From Eledone cirrhosa (taxonomy: Eukaryota), in contig OZ024765.1 in assembly GCA_964016885.1 (NCBI GenBank), positions 18,476,001-18,540,000 of the forward strand: DNA of 64,000 nt, read 5' to 3'. Shown here piece after piece: positions 7,601 to 23,000 of the stretch (position 1 is its first letter; the number at the start of each line of letters is the position of its first letter). A program made the position numbers and the translations under genes. The notes beneath the pieces are model-generated. The model was not told the origin of the DNA, did no database searches, and saw only the letters and a list, made by a program, of their open reading frames with translations.

Positions 7601-10600
7601 TGAGGACCTTTCCTCCCTGGTTAAGGAGTGAGATAAAATATTAGGGATCAATCTCTAGCAATAATTTCATTAAATCATATTTAACCAGAGACTGTTATGT
7701 TGTGGTTGTTGCTATATTTTATAGTCGTGGTTTCAATGTTTAACAGGGGTTGTAGAATTAGCTTTATCTAATTATTATCAAACAAAACAGATTTATATAT
7801 TGTCGCCGTTGTACGTTAAAATCACATATATATTTATATACACACTAAGGATGGAGGGACGACGGAATTGAAAACCATTATTGCTGAGTACATCACGGCA
7901 AGATCTAATACACACACACACACACACTCTCCCGTATATATTTAATAATCAGCTATGACCATGAAGAAGGTCCCTGTAGATCATCTGGTTGTAGGATCTA
8001 ATGAACCCGAAAGAAAGTGAAAATATATTTTATGAAAGCCCCAGAAGAATAAATGTAAACATTGACTCGATTATAGTAGAAATAAGAATGAGAAAGCCAT
8101 GAACGCCAGCACATCTATTTTGCTTGGAAATTAAAAGTAGGTTTATAAATATTAATTTTTTCTTATGTTCTTGGATCTGTTTGGTAGGTGTTAGAGACTA
8201 TGTAGACACTGATGTGGTGTTCAATCTCAGTCCGAATCTGTACTATATATTTTTAAATTTAAATTTTTCTCTAGTAAAGTAAAAAATGAAATTATTATCT
8301 ATAGACTTTGACTGAAATCGAAACCCAGAGCAGATTCTTCACCGTCTCTAATACCTACAATTAGGCCACTGAGACAGATATAAAAACAGTGTGAAAATTA
8401 ATATTTATAAAGTTACTTTTTTATTTTTGTTTTATACTATAAAAAATATAATACGACACACTGCCAGTGATTGAACCCAGGACATGAACATCCACCGGCT
8501 CTTATACTTACCACTAGGCTAAAGGGACGATTACAGAAACTTACTTAAAAATTGATATTTATAAACCTACTTTTTCATTACTAGAAAAAACCGGAAGTGG
8601 AGAAAATTGAAAAACATCTTCTTTTTCTTCCTCTGATTTTTTTTTATCCAAAATTTGGATTTAAGTCAGAGACGAGTTATCGTTCGTGGCAAAAATCAGA
8701 GGAAGAAAAAGAAGAAGTTTTTCAATTTTCTCCACTTCCGGGTTTTTCTAGTATAGGTAAGTAAATATTAATTTTCAAAAAATTTTTGTAACCGTCCCTG
8801 TGGCCTAATGGTAAGCACTAGTGACGGTGGAGATCCTGATTTAGGGTTCGATTTCCGTTAGGTTTTATACTATTAACTGCGTATTTGTTTCTTTTATTTA
8901 AGTAAGATTTGAACTAATAATGCTGTACTTTGTAGTAATGTCCCATATTATATTCAACATATTTTAATTAAAATTTATTTTTTTTATAAAAGAAAGAACA
9001 AAAAACCTTATTGAAATTAAGAAATGAATTTTATTCAGTAAAGTTGTTTTTATTTTGTTTTCACTTCATTAACTGCTGAATACGTCTTTTGTTTTTGTTT
9101 TTGATTCTTTCTAACCATTGTTTACTGTGAATGGTGACTGCAACGAACCTGGATTATTACCAAGTTTCACTGGATGATTGTATTATTTTGTTGTCAGTGG
9201 ACATCTGGACATCTATCTAAATACCTGGAATAAACACAAGGTGTATGTTTTACGTAACATTTCATTTTAATGTCTGATGTTCCTGTATTTCACATTTAAA
9301 ATGTAACCAAAAGTAAACAAGACAGGGACGCTACATCAAAATAAACCACACAGACGAGGTACGAATAATCTAAAATTAATTTTAACAAACTATAAACGAT
9401 GTTTAAAGAGAGACGAACATTAAAATAGGATTTCAAACAAACACGTAAACACAAAGACAATTACAGCCGCCATAATCTAATATCTGAAGATCAACATTTT
9501 TCACGATAGAAATAAAACTAAATATGTAAAGTTTAGTGGCCCCTGATTTACTTGCTTTTAATTTCATTTTGATAATCTGTATTCTGTAGACATATATTTA
9601 TGATTTTAATGATGAAATTTCCTCTTGTCTTTAAAAGATTATTACTTATAAAAATTATAATAGTCACCTCCTCCTCTCGATTAATATATAGCATCATTCG
9701 AGGTAGCTTACCCACAGGGGTTCCTCAACTGGGCGGTTTCAACTATTGGGTGCGCGATGAGCAGCTGAACAGAAAATTGAGGGCCATTGGAAACTTTGGA
9801 GGCCGATATAGAATTTTGAGATTTAAGAAGGTATGCTACCCGAAAACCTATTCAAGAAATATATGCAAAGAACCTGAATAAAAATCAGGAAGCTAATTGG
9901 GAAAATTAAACCAGGAACAAACATTTACGAAACATATTTGGTATACTTTGGAATATTTACTATACAGGTGGCTGGTGGAACATTTTTTCATGTGAATGTG
10001 GGAAATGACGCCAAAATATTTGGCAACCCTTGGCTTACACCTTACTAAATGTTCTGGAGACAAGCCTCTTCGCTATATATCATAGTTCTTAAATCCTTCA
10101 TCTTCCACAGTTGGTGAAGTATTTCGATTTGATATGACGATCGCAGAGTTAGATTTAGGACGTGGTGGCGTTCATGGGTTTCTTAGTGTTGTTACTAGAA
10201 AGGGTCGACTCTGTCTTTCACACTTCAGGTTTTTTCATGAATTAAATATCCATTTTCTTTCTGATCGGTCTAACAATGATTTGAACCTACAATGACTCCG
10301 TCTGTAATAATGTTCTCTTATTTGAAATATGCCATACCTAACTCCCGTGTCTGTGTGTGTGAAAAATATTCCAACTTAGAGCGACGTGCCCGTAAATTGT
10401 TTAGCCTGATTCCTATATATAGATAATGTGTAATATTTCAACCTTCATGGAGGGTCTTTGCCGTAATTTCCCGTAACTCCGACTAGAAGTCATTATGTAG
10501 TTTTTTCGTCCGTTAAAAATAATGATTAAAACAATTCTATATCCACAGTTATATACACCTCTTCATCACATATATTATTTCCACCAATAACTACATTATA

Positions 10601-13600
10601 TCCTTAAATATGACACCAAGACATATAATTTGTAAATAAAAGATGAAATATTAAAACCTCAATTTTTAAATAATTTTACCCCACCTTTGTGTTCTCAGTG
10701 TTTAGATTAACCCATAATTTTATGATTTGGGAGCATATAACTTATAGTACCAGTCATGTACTGGGATCAATTTAACGGATTGGTTCCTCCCCGCAAATTA
10801 ATTGACTTTTGCCTAAGTAAGACATACTCACAGAATGTATCGATGTATATGTATGAATGTATATATATATTAGTATATTTTATGTTTACAATAAAAATAG
10901 ACAAACAATTTAATGATAATATGAAATGAAATTATTATTATTTATTAATAATATTTTTATTGTTTTCACTGCATTAACTTCTGAGTGTGACTTTGTTTTT
11001 CTTACTATTTTCTACTGTAAATGGCGGCTTAATTGGATTATTACTAAGGTTTACTGGATTGTGGTGTTTCTTTATTGTTTTATATTTCAATCAGTGGACA
11101 TCAGGATAGCTTTCTATATACCTGGGATAAATGTAATGAGTACTGACTTTCATCTGCAGTTCAATGGTGATGTCTTCTTATATTTTCATTTACTTCTGCA
11201 ATACTGTATATTGTAGTCTTTTCATTATTTTAAATATTTCTATCATGTCACTCGTTTGATATATCTCCCCGAAAGATATAGTTATTCAGAGCTTTACATT
11301 GGAATAGTGTACTACTATTTAAATATTAGTCCTTTAAATATATATTTCTATCATGTCCCCCCCACCCTCTTAGATTTATCTCCTCTAAATTTGCAATCCC
11401 TAAAGTTTAACATCTTTCTTCAGAAGACAGATTTCTTAATAATTCTGGTGTTTTCTGTTTTGTTCTTTTCTGGATTCCTTCAATAGCTTCTCCGTATTTT
11501 CTGAAGTCGTCTGACCATGCCCCAAAACAATATTCTAGGTCGTATCACACATATCATTCAACTAGTATTTTAGACCTCTCGACATTTAGCTAGGCAAAAG
11601 AATGTTTTATTATTCCTATCATCTGAATTCCTTTTTTTTCTTCAACATGTTTAGCCATCTTTAAAATCATATTCATACATATTCACAATTCCTCGTGGAG
11701 GGGTATAAGAGACATGTATAAATATAGCTGCATATTACTACAAAATAACTTGAACCATATCGCGAAACATTTTGTAAAGTATCTCTGTAATTATTCTCAT
11801 TTCGATTTTCTGTAGAATGTATTGACGTTTAAGATAGAGACAATTGCCCTTCTTCTAATAATCTCTTTGTCCATTCCATGTTTTAGTCTCACAAAATATT
11901 GTTAATGCAAGATTTTGCTCTAATGTAATAAATGTTACTTTTAAAAGAGCGAAGTTCTCAATTTTCTTCTTTCTCTTGTATATTGATATCTAAAGGATGA
12001 CAAATGTATGAATTATGTGATAGGGAGGAAAAAAGCCACGACCTTCTTCTCTCGTTACAGAATGCTAACTGACAACGTCTTTCGCAGGAGTGACTAGTAC
12101 TACTGCCTTTTATATACCGTGACAACTGGAAAGACGTGACAAATAAGGATACACTCTGCTCTCCTTATCAACATTGTCCGAGTCTGAGGACCTTTCCTCC
12201 CTGGTTAAGGAGTGAGATAAAATATTAGGGATCAATCTCTAGCAATAATTTCATTAAATCATATTTAACCAGAGACTGTTATGTTGTGGTTGTTGCTATA
12301 TTTTATAGTCGTGGTTTCAATGTTTAACAGGGGTTGTAGAATTAGCTTTATCTAATTATTATCAAACAAAACAGATTTATATATTGTCGCCGTTGTACGT
12401 TAAAATCACATATATATTTATATACACACTAAGGATGGAGGGACGACGGAATTGAAAACCATTATTGCTGAGTACATCACGGCAAGATCTAATACACACA
12501 CACACACACACTCTCCCGTATATATTTAATAATCAGCTATGACCATGAAGAAGGTCCCTGTAGATCATCTGGTTGTAGGATCTAATGAACCCGAAAGAAA
12601 GTGAAAATATATTTTATGAAAGCCCCAGAAGAATAAATGTAAACATTGACCCGATTATAGTAGAAATAAGAATGAGAAAGCCATGAACGCCAGCACATCT
12701 ATTTTGCTTGGAAATTAAAAGTAGGTTTATAAATATTAATTTTTTCTTATGTTCTTGTATCTGTTTGGTAGGTGTTAGAGACTATGTAGACACTGATGTG
12801 GTGTTCAATCTCAGTCCGAATCTGTACTATATATTTTTAAATTTAAATTTTTCTCTAGTAAAGTAAAAAATGAAATTATTATCTATAGACTTTGACTGAA
12901 ATCGAAACCCAGAGCAGATTCTTCACCGTCTCTAATACCTACAATTAGGCCACGGAGACAGATATAAAAACAGTGTGAAAATTAATATTTATAAAGTTAC
13001 TTTTTTATTTTTGTTTTATACTATAAAAAATATAATACGACACACTGCCAGTGATTGAACCCCGGACATGAACATCCACCGGCTCTTATACTTACCACTA
13101 GGCTAAAGGGACGATTACAGAAACTTACTTAAAAATTGATATTTATAAACCTACTTTTTCATTACTAGAAAAAACCGGAAGTGGAGAAAATTGAAAAACA
13201 TCTTCTTTTTCTTCCTCTGATTTTTTTTTATCCAAAATTTGGATTTAAGTCAGAGACGAGTTATCGTTCGTGGCAAAAATCAGAGGAAGAAAAAGAAGAA
13301 GTTTTTCAATTTTCTCCACTTCCGGGTTTTTCTAGTATAGGTAAGTAAATATTAATTTTCAAAAAATTTTTGTAACCGTCCCTGTGGCCTAATGGTAAGC
13401 ACTAGAGACGGTGGAGATCCTGATTTAGGGTTCGATTTCCGTTAGGTTTTATACTATTAACTGCGTATTTGTTTCTTTTATTTAAGTAAGATTTGAACTA
13501 ATAATGCTGTACTTTGTAGTAATGTCCCATATTATATTCAACATATTTTAATTAAAATTTATTTTTTTTATAAAAGAAAGAACAAAAAACCTTATTGAAA

Positions 13601-16600
13601 TTAAGAAATTAATTTTATTCAGTAAAGTTGTTTTTATTTTGTTTTCACTTCATTAACTGCTGAATACGTCTTTTGTTTTTGTTTTTGATTCTTTCTAACC
13701 ATTGTTTACTGTGAATGGTGACTGCAACGAACCTGGATTATTACCAAGTTTCACTGGATGATTGTATTATTTTGTTGTCAGTGGACATCTGGACATCTAT
13801 CTAAATACCTGGAATAAACACAAGGTGTATGTTTTACGTAACATTTCATTTTAATGTCTGATGTTCCTGTATTTCACATTTAAAATGTAACCAAAAGTAA
13901 ACAAGACAGGGACGCTACATCAAAATAAACCACACAGACGAGGTACGAATAATCTAAAATTAAATATTAACAAACTATAAACGATGTTTAAAGAGAGACA
14001 AACATTAAAATAGGATTTCAAACAAACACGTAAACACAAAGACAATTACAGCCGCCATAATCTAATATCTGAAGATCAACATTTTTCACGATAGAAATAA
14101 AACTAAATATGTAAAGTTTAGTGGCCCCTGATTTACTTGCTTTTAATTTCATTTCGATAATCTGTATTCTGTAGACATATATTTATGATTTTAATGATGA
14201 AATTTCCTCTTGTCTTTAAAAGATTATTACTTATAAAAATTATAATAGTCACCTCCTCCTCTCGATTAATATATAGCATCATTCGAGGTAGCTTACCCAC
14301 AGGGGTTCCTCAACTGGGCGGTTTCAACTATTGGGTGGGCGATGAGCAGCTGAACAGAAAATTGAGGGCCATTGGAAACTTTGGTGGCCGATATAGAATT
14401 TTGAGATTTAAGAAGGTATGCTACCCGAAAACCTATTCAAGGAATATATGCAAAGAACCTGAATAAAAATCAGGAAGCTAATTGGGAAAATTAAACCAGG
14501 AACAAACATTTACGAAACATATTTGGTATACTTTGGAATATTTACTATACAGGTGGCTGGTGGAACATTTTTTCATGTGAATGTGGGAAATGACGCCAAA
14601 ATATTTGGCAACCCTTGGCTTACACCTTACTAAATGTTCTGGAGACAAGCCTCTTCGCTATATATCATAGTTCTTAAATCCTTCATCTTCCACAGTTGGT
14701 GAAGTATTTCGATTTGATATGACGATCGCAGAGTTAGATTTAGGACGTGGTGGCGTTCATGGGTTTCTCAGTGTTGTTACTAGAAAGGGTCGACTCTGTC
14801 TTTCACACTTCAGGTTTTTTCATGAATTAAATATCCATTTTCTTTCTGATCGGTCTAACAATGATTTGAACCTACAATGACTCCGTCTGTAATAATGTTC
14901 TCTTATTTGAAATATGCCATACCTAACTCCCGTGTCTGTGTGTGTGAAAAATATTCCAACTTAGAGCGACGTGCCCGTAAATTGTTTAGCCTGATTCCTT
15001 TATATAGATAATGTGTAATATTTCAACCTTCATGGAGGGTCTTTGCCGTAATTTCCCGTAACTCCGACTAGAAGTCATTATGTAGTTTTTTCGTCCGTTA
15101 AAAATAATGATTAAAACAATTCTATATCCACAGTTATATACACCTCTTCATCACATATTATATTATTTCCACCAATAACTACATTATATCCTTAAATATG
15201 ACACCAAGACATATAATTTGTAAATAAAAGATAAAATATTAAAACCTCAATTTTTAAATAATTTTACCCCACCTTTGTGTTCTCAGTGTTTAGATTAACC
15301 CATAATTTTATGATTTGGGAGCATATAACTTATAGTACCAGTCATGTACTGGGATCAATTTAACGGATTGGTTCCTCCCCGCAAATTAATTGACTTTTGC
15401 CTAAGTAAGACATACTCACAGAATGTATCGATGTATATGTATGAATGTATATATATATTAGTATATTTTATGTTTACAATAAAAATAGACAAACAATTTA
15501 ATGATAATATGAAATGAAATTATTATTATTTATTAATAATATTTTTATTGTTTTCACTGCATTAACTTCTGAGTGTGACTTTGTTTTTCTTACTATTTTC
15601 TACTGTAAATGGCGGCTTAATTGGATTATTACTAAGGTTTACTGGATTGTGGTGTTTCTTTATTGTTTTATATTTCAATCAGTGGACATCAGGATAGCTT
15701 TCTATATATCTGGGATAAATGTAATGAGTACTGACTTTCATCTGCAGTTCAATGGTGATGTCTTCTTATATTTTCATTTACTTCTGCAATACTGTATATT
15801 GTAGTCTTTTCATTATTTTAAATATTTCTATCATGTCACTCGTTTGATATATCTCCCCGAAAGATATAGTTATTCAGAGCTTTACATTGGAATAGTGTAC
15901 TACTATTTAAATATTAGTCCTTTAAATATATATTTCTATCATGTCCCCCCCACCCTCTTAGATTTATCTCCTCTAAATTTGCAATCCCTAAAGTTTAACA
16001 TCTTTCTTCAGAAGACAGATTTCTTAATAATTCTGGTGTTTTCTGTTTTGTTCTTTTCTGGATTCCTTCAATAGCTTCTCCGTATTTTCTGAAGTCGTCT
16101 GACCATGCCCCAAAACAATATTCTAGGTCGTATCACACATATCATTCAACTAGTGTTTTAGACCTCTCGACATTTAGCTAGGCAAAGGAATGTTTTATTA
16201 TTCCTATCATCTGAATTCCTTTTTTTTCTTCAACATGTTTAGCCATCTTTAAAATCATATTCATACATATTCACAATTCCTCGTGGAGGGGTATAAGAGA
16301 CATGTATAAATATAGCTGCATATTACTACAAAATAACTTGAACCATATCGCGAAACATTTTGTAAAGTATCTCTGTAATTATTCTCATTTCGATTTTCTG
16401 TAGAATGTATTGACGTTTAAGATAGAGACAATTGCCCTTCTTCTAATAATCTCGTTGTCCATTCCATGTTTTAGTCTCACAAAATATTGTTAATGCAAGA
16501 TTTTGCTCTAATGTAATAAATGTTACTTTTAAAAGAGCGAAGTTCTCAATTTTCTTCTTTCTCTTGTATATTGATATCTAAAGGATGACAAATGTATGAA

Positions 16601-19600
16601 TTATGTGATAGGGAGGGAAAAAAGCCACGACCTTCTTCTCTCGTTACAGAAGGCTAACTGACAACGTCTTTCGCAGGAGTGACTAGTACTACTGCCTTTT
16701 ATATACCGTGACAACTGGAAAGACGTGACAAATAAGGATACACTCTGCTCTCCTTATCAACATTGTCCGAGTCTGAGGACCTTTCCTCCCTGGTTAAGGA
16801 GTGAGATAAAATATTAGGGATCAATCTCTAGCAATAATTTCATTAAATCATATTTAACCAGAGACTGTTATGTCGTGGTTGTTGCTATATTTTATAGTCG
16901 TGGTTTCAATGTTTAACAGGGGTTGTAGAATTAGCTTTATCTAATTATTATCAAACAAAACAGATTTATATATTGTCGCCGTTGTACGTTAAAATCACAT
17001 ATATATTTATATACACACTAAGGATGGAGGGACGACGGAATTGAAAACCATTATTGCTGAGTACATCACGGCAAGATCTAATACACACACACACACACAC
17101 TCTCCCGTATATTTAATAATCAGCTATGACCATGAAGAAGGTCCCTGTAGATCATCTGGTTGTAGGATCTAATGAACCCGAAAGAAAGTGAAAATATATT
17201 TTATGAAAGCCCCAGAAGAAGAAATGTAAACATTGACCCGATTATAGTAGAAATAAGAATGAGAAAGCCATGAACGCCAGCACATCTATTTTGCTTGGAA
17301 ATTAAAAGTAGGTTTATAAATATTAATTTTTTCTTATGTTCTTGGATCTGTTTGGTAGGTGTTAGAGACTATGTAGACACTGATGTGGTGTTCAATCTCA
17401 GTCCGAATCTGTACTATATATTTTTAAATTTAAATTTTTCTCTAGTAAAGTAAAAAATGAAATTATTATCTATAGACTTTGACTGAAATAGAAACCCAAA
17501 GCAGGTTCTCCACCGTCTCTAATACCTACCATTAGGCCACGGAGACAGATATAAAAACAGTGTGAAAATTAATATTTATAAAGTTACTTTTTTATTTTTG
17601 TTTTATACTATAAAAAATATAATACGACACACTGCCAGTGATTGAACCCCGGACCTGGACCTCCACCGGCTCTTATACTTACCACTAGGCTAAAGGGACG
17701 ATTACAGAAACTTACTTAAAAATTGATATTTATAAACCTACTTTTTCATTACTAGAAAAACCGGAAGTGGAGAAAATTGAAAAACATCTTCTTTTTCTTC
17801 CTCTGATTTTTTTTTATCCAAAATTTGGATTTAAGTCAGAGACGAGTTATCGTTCGTGGCAAAAATCAGAGGAAGAAAAAGAAAAAGTTTTTCAATTTTC
17901 TCCACTTCCGGTTTTTTCTAGTATAGGTAAGTAAATATTAATTTTCAAAAAATTTTTGTAACCGTCCCTGTGGCCTAATGGTAAGCACTAGAGACGGTGG
18001 AGATCCTGATTTAGGGTTCGATTTCCGTTAGGTTATATACTAATAACTGCGTATTTGTTTCTTTTATTTAAGTAAGATTTGAACTAATAATGCTGTACTT
18101 TGTAGTAATGTCCCATATTATATTCAACATATTTTAATTAAAATTTATTTTTTTTATAAAAGAAAGAACAAAAAACCTTATTGAAATTAAGAAATGAATT
18201 TTATTCAGTAAAGTTGTTTTTATTTTGTTTTCACTTCATTAACTGCTGAATACGTCTTTTGTTTTTGTTTTTGATTCTTTCTAACCATTGTTTACTGTGA
18301 ATGGTGACTGCAACGAACCTGGATTATTACTAAGTTTCACTGGATGATTGTATTATTTTGTTGTCAGTGGACATCTGGACATCTATCTAAATATCTGGAA
18401 TAAACACAAGGTGTGTGTTTTACGTAACATTTCATTTTAATGTCTGATGTTCCTGTATTTCACATTTAAAATGTAACCAAAAATAAACAAGACAGGGACG
18501 CTACATCAAAATAAACCACACAGACGAGGTACGAATAATCTAAAATTAATTTTAACAAACTATAAACGATGTTTAAAGAGAGACGAACATTAAAATAGGA
18601 TTTCAAACAAACACGTAAACACAAAGACAATTACAGCCGCCATAATCTAATATCTGAAGATCAACATTTTTCACGATAGAAATAAAACTAAATATGTAAA
18701 GTTTAGTGGCCCCTGATTTACTTGCTTTTAATTTCATTTTGATAATCTGTATTCTGTAGACATATATTTATGATTTTAATGATGAAATTTCCTCTTGTCT
18801 TTAAAAGATTATAACTTATAAAAATTATAATAGTCACCTCCTCCTCTCGATTAATATATAGCATCATTCGAGGTAGCTTACCCACAGAGGTTCCTCAACT
18901 GGGCGGTTTCAACTGTTGGGTGGGCGATGAGCAGCTGAACAGAAAATTGAGGGCCATTGGAAACTTTGGTGGCCGATATAGAATTTTGAGATTTAAGAAG
19001 GTATGCTACCCGAAAACCTATTCAAGGAATATATGCAAAGAACCTGAATAAAAATCAGGAAGCTAATTGGGAAAATTAAACCAGGAACAAACATTTACGA
19101 AACATATTTGGTATACTTTGGAATATTTACTATACAGGTGGCTGGTGGAACATTTTTTCATGTGAATGTGGGAAATGATGCCAAAATATTTGGCAACCCT
19201 TGGCTTACACCTTACTAAATGTTCTGGAGACAAGCCTCTTCGCTATATATCATAGTTCTTCAATCCTTCATCTTCCACAGTTGGTGAAGTATTTCGATTT
19301 GATATGACGATCGCAGAGTTAGATTTAGGACGTGGTGGCGTTCATGGGTTTCTTAGTGTTGTTACTAGAAAGGGTCGACTCTGTCTTTCACACTTCAGGT
19401 TTTTTCATGAATTAAATATCCATTTTCTTTCTGATCGGTCTAACAATGATTTGAACCTACAATGACTCCGTCTGTAATAATGTTCTCTTATTTGAAATAT
19501 GCCATACCTAACTCCCGTGTCTGTGTGTGTGAAAAATATTCCAACTTAGAGCGACGTGCCCGTAAATTGTTTAGCCTGATTCCTATATATAGATAATGTG

Positions 19601-20029
19601 TAATATTTCAACCTTCATGGAGGGTCTTTGCCGTAATTTCCCGTAACTCCGACTAGAAGTCATTATGTAGTTTTTTCGTCCGTTAAAAATAATGATTAAA
19701 ACAATTCTATATCCACAGTTATATACACCTCTTCATCACATATTATATTATTTCCACCAATAACTACATTATATCCTTAAATATGACACCAAGACATATA
19801 ATTTGTAAATAAAAGATAAAATATTAAAACCTAAATTTTTATATAATTTTACCCCACCTTTATGTTCTCAGTGTTTAGATTAACCCATAATTTTATGATT
19901 TTGGATCATATAACTTATAGTACCAGTCATGTACTGGGATCAATTTAACGGATTGGTTCCTCCCCGCAAATTACTTGACTTTTGCCTAAGTAAGACATAC
20001 TCACAGAATGTATCGATGTATATCTATGA

Positions 20030-20032
<3 letters not shown>

Positions 20033-20062
<30 letters not shown>
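20033..20062. repeat. (TA)15 microsatellite expansion unique to unit 5
   Basis: Unit 1 has (TA)5 at the equivalent position (1690-1699); unit 5 has 20 extra bases. Confidence 0.9.
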
Positions 20063-20066
<4 letters not shown>

Positions 20067-23000
20067 TATATTTTATGTTTACAATAAAAATAGACAAACA
20101 ATTTAATGATAATATGAAATGAAATTATTATTATTTATTAATAATATTTTTATTGTTTTCACTGCATTAACTTCTGAGTGTGACTTTGTTTTTCTTACTA
20201 TTTTCTACTGTAAATGGCGGCTTAATTGGATTATTACTAAGGTTTACTGGATTGTGGTGTTTCTTTATTGTTTTATATTTCAATCAGTAGACATCAGGAT
20301 AGCTTTCTATATACCTGGGATAAATGTAAAGAGTACTGACTTTCATCTGCAGTTCAATGGTGATGTCTTCTTATATTTTCATTTACTTCTGCAATACTGT
20401 ATATTGTAGTCTTTTCATTATTTTAAATATTTCTATCATGTCACTCGTTTGATATATCTCCCCGAAAGATATAGTTATTCAGAGCTTTACATTGGAATAG
20501 TGTACTACTATTTAAATATTAGTCCTTTAAATATATATTTCTATCATGTCCCCCCCACCCTCTTAGATTTATCTCCTCTAAATTTGCAATCCCTAAAGTT
20601 TAACATCTTTCTTCAGAAGACAGATTTCTTAATAATTCTGGTGTTTTCTGTTTTGTTCTTTTCTGGATTCCTTCAATAGCTTCTCCGTATTTTCTGAAGT
20701 CGTCTGACCATGCCCCAAAACAATATTCTAGGTCGTATCACACATATCATTCAACTAGTGTTTTAGACCTCTCGACATTTAGCTAGGCAAAGGAATGTTT
20801 TATTATTCCTATCATCTGAATTCCTTTTTTTTCTTCAACATGTTTAGCCATCTTTAAAATCATATTCATACATATTCACAATTCCTCGTGGAGGGGTATA
20901 AGAGACATGTATAAATATAGCTGCATATTACTACAAAATAACTTGAACCATATCGCGAAACATTTTGTAAAGTATCTCTGTAATTATTCTCATTTCGATT
21001 TTCTGTAGAATGTATTGACGTTTAAGATAGAGACAATTGCCCTTCTTCTAATAATCTCTTTGTCCATTCCATGTTTTAGTCTCACAAAATATTGTTAATG
21101 CAAGATTTTGCTCTAATGTAATAAATGTTACTTTTAAAAGAGCGAAGTTCTCAATTTTCTTCTTTCTCTTGTATATTGATATCTAAAGGATGACAAATGT
21201 ATGAATTATGTGATAGGGAGGAAAAAGGCCACGACCTTCTTCTCTCGTTACAGAAGGCTAACTGACAACGTCTTTCGCAGGAGTGACTAGTACTACTGCC
21301 TTTTATATACCGTGACAACTGGAAAGACGTGACAAATAAGGATACACTCTGCTCTCCTTATCAACATTGTTCGAGTCTGAGGACCTTTCCTCCCTGGTTA
21401 AGGAGTGAGATAAAATATTAGGGATCAATCTCTAGCAATAATTTCATTAAATCATATTTAACCAGAGACTGTTATGTCGTGGTTGTTGCTATATTTTATA
21501 GTCGTGGTTTCAATGTTTAACAGGGGTTGTAGAATTAGCTTTATCTAATTATTATCAAACAAAACAGATTTATATATTGTCGCCGTTGTACGTTAAAATC
21601 ACATATATATTTATATACACACCAAGGATGGAAGGACGACGGAATTGAAAACCATTATTGCTGAGTACATCACGGCAAGATCTAATACACACACACACTC
21701 TCCCGTATATATTTAATAATCAGCTATGACCATGAAGAAGGTCCCTGTAGATCATCTGGTTGTAGGATCTAATGAACCCGAAAGAAAGTGAAAATATATT
21801 TTATGAAAGCCCCAGAAGAATAAATGTAAACATTGACCCGATTATAGTAGAAATAAGAATGAGAAAGCCATGAACGCCAGCACATCTATTTTGCTTGGAA
21901 ATTAAAAGTAGGTTTATAAATATTAATTTTTTCTTATGTTCTTGTATCTGTTTGGTAGGTGTTAGAGACTATGTAGACACTGATGTGGTGTTCAATCTCA
22001 GTCCGAATCTGTACTATATATTTTTAAATTTAAATTTTTCTCTAGTAAAGTAAAAAATGAAATTATTATCTATAGACTTTGACTGAAATCGAAACCCAGA
22101 GCAGATTCTTCACCGTCTCTAATACCTACAATTAGGCCACGGAGACAGATATAAAAACAGTGTGAAAATTAATATTTATAAAGTTACTTTTTTATTTTTG
22201 TTTTATACTATAAAAAATATAATACGACACACTGCCAGTGATTGAACCCCGGACATGAACATCCACCGGCTCTTATACTTACCACTAGGCTAAAGGGACG
22301 ATTACAGAAACTTACTTAAAAATTGATATTTATAAACCTACTTTTTCATTACTAGAAAAAACCGGAAGTGGAGAAAATTGAAAAACATCTTCTTTTTCTT
22401 CCTCTGATTTTTTTTTATCCAAAATTTGGATTTAAGTCAGAGACGAGTTATCGTTCGTGGCAAAAATCAGAGGAAGAAAAAGAAGAAGTTTTTCAATTTT
22501 CTCCACTTCCGGTTTTTTCTAGTATAGGTAAGTAAATATTAATTTTCAAAAAATTTTTGTAACCGTCCCTGTGGCCTAATGGTAAGCACTAGAGACGGTG
22601 GAGATCCTGATTTAGGGTTCGATTTCCGTTAGGTTTTATACTATTAACTGCGTATTTGTTTCTTTTATTTAAGTAAGATTTGAACTAATAATGCTGTACT
22701 TTGTAGTAATGTCCCATATTATATTCAACATATTTTAATTAAAATTTATTTTTTTTATAAAAGAAAGAACAAAAATCCTTATTGAAATTAAGAAATGAAT
22801 TTTATTCAGTAAAGTTGTTTTTATTTTGTTTTCACTTCATTAACTGCTGAATACGTCTTTTGTTTTTGTTTTTGATTCTTTCTAACCATTGTTTACTGTG
22901 AATGGTGACTGCAACGAACCTGGATTATTACCAAGTTTCACTGGATGATTGTATTATTTTGTTGTCAGTGGACATCTGGACATCTATCTAAATACCTGGA

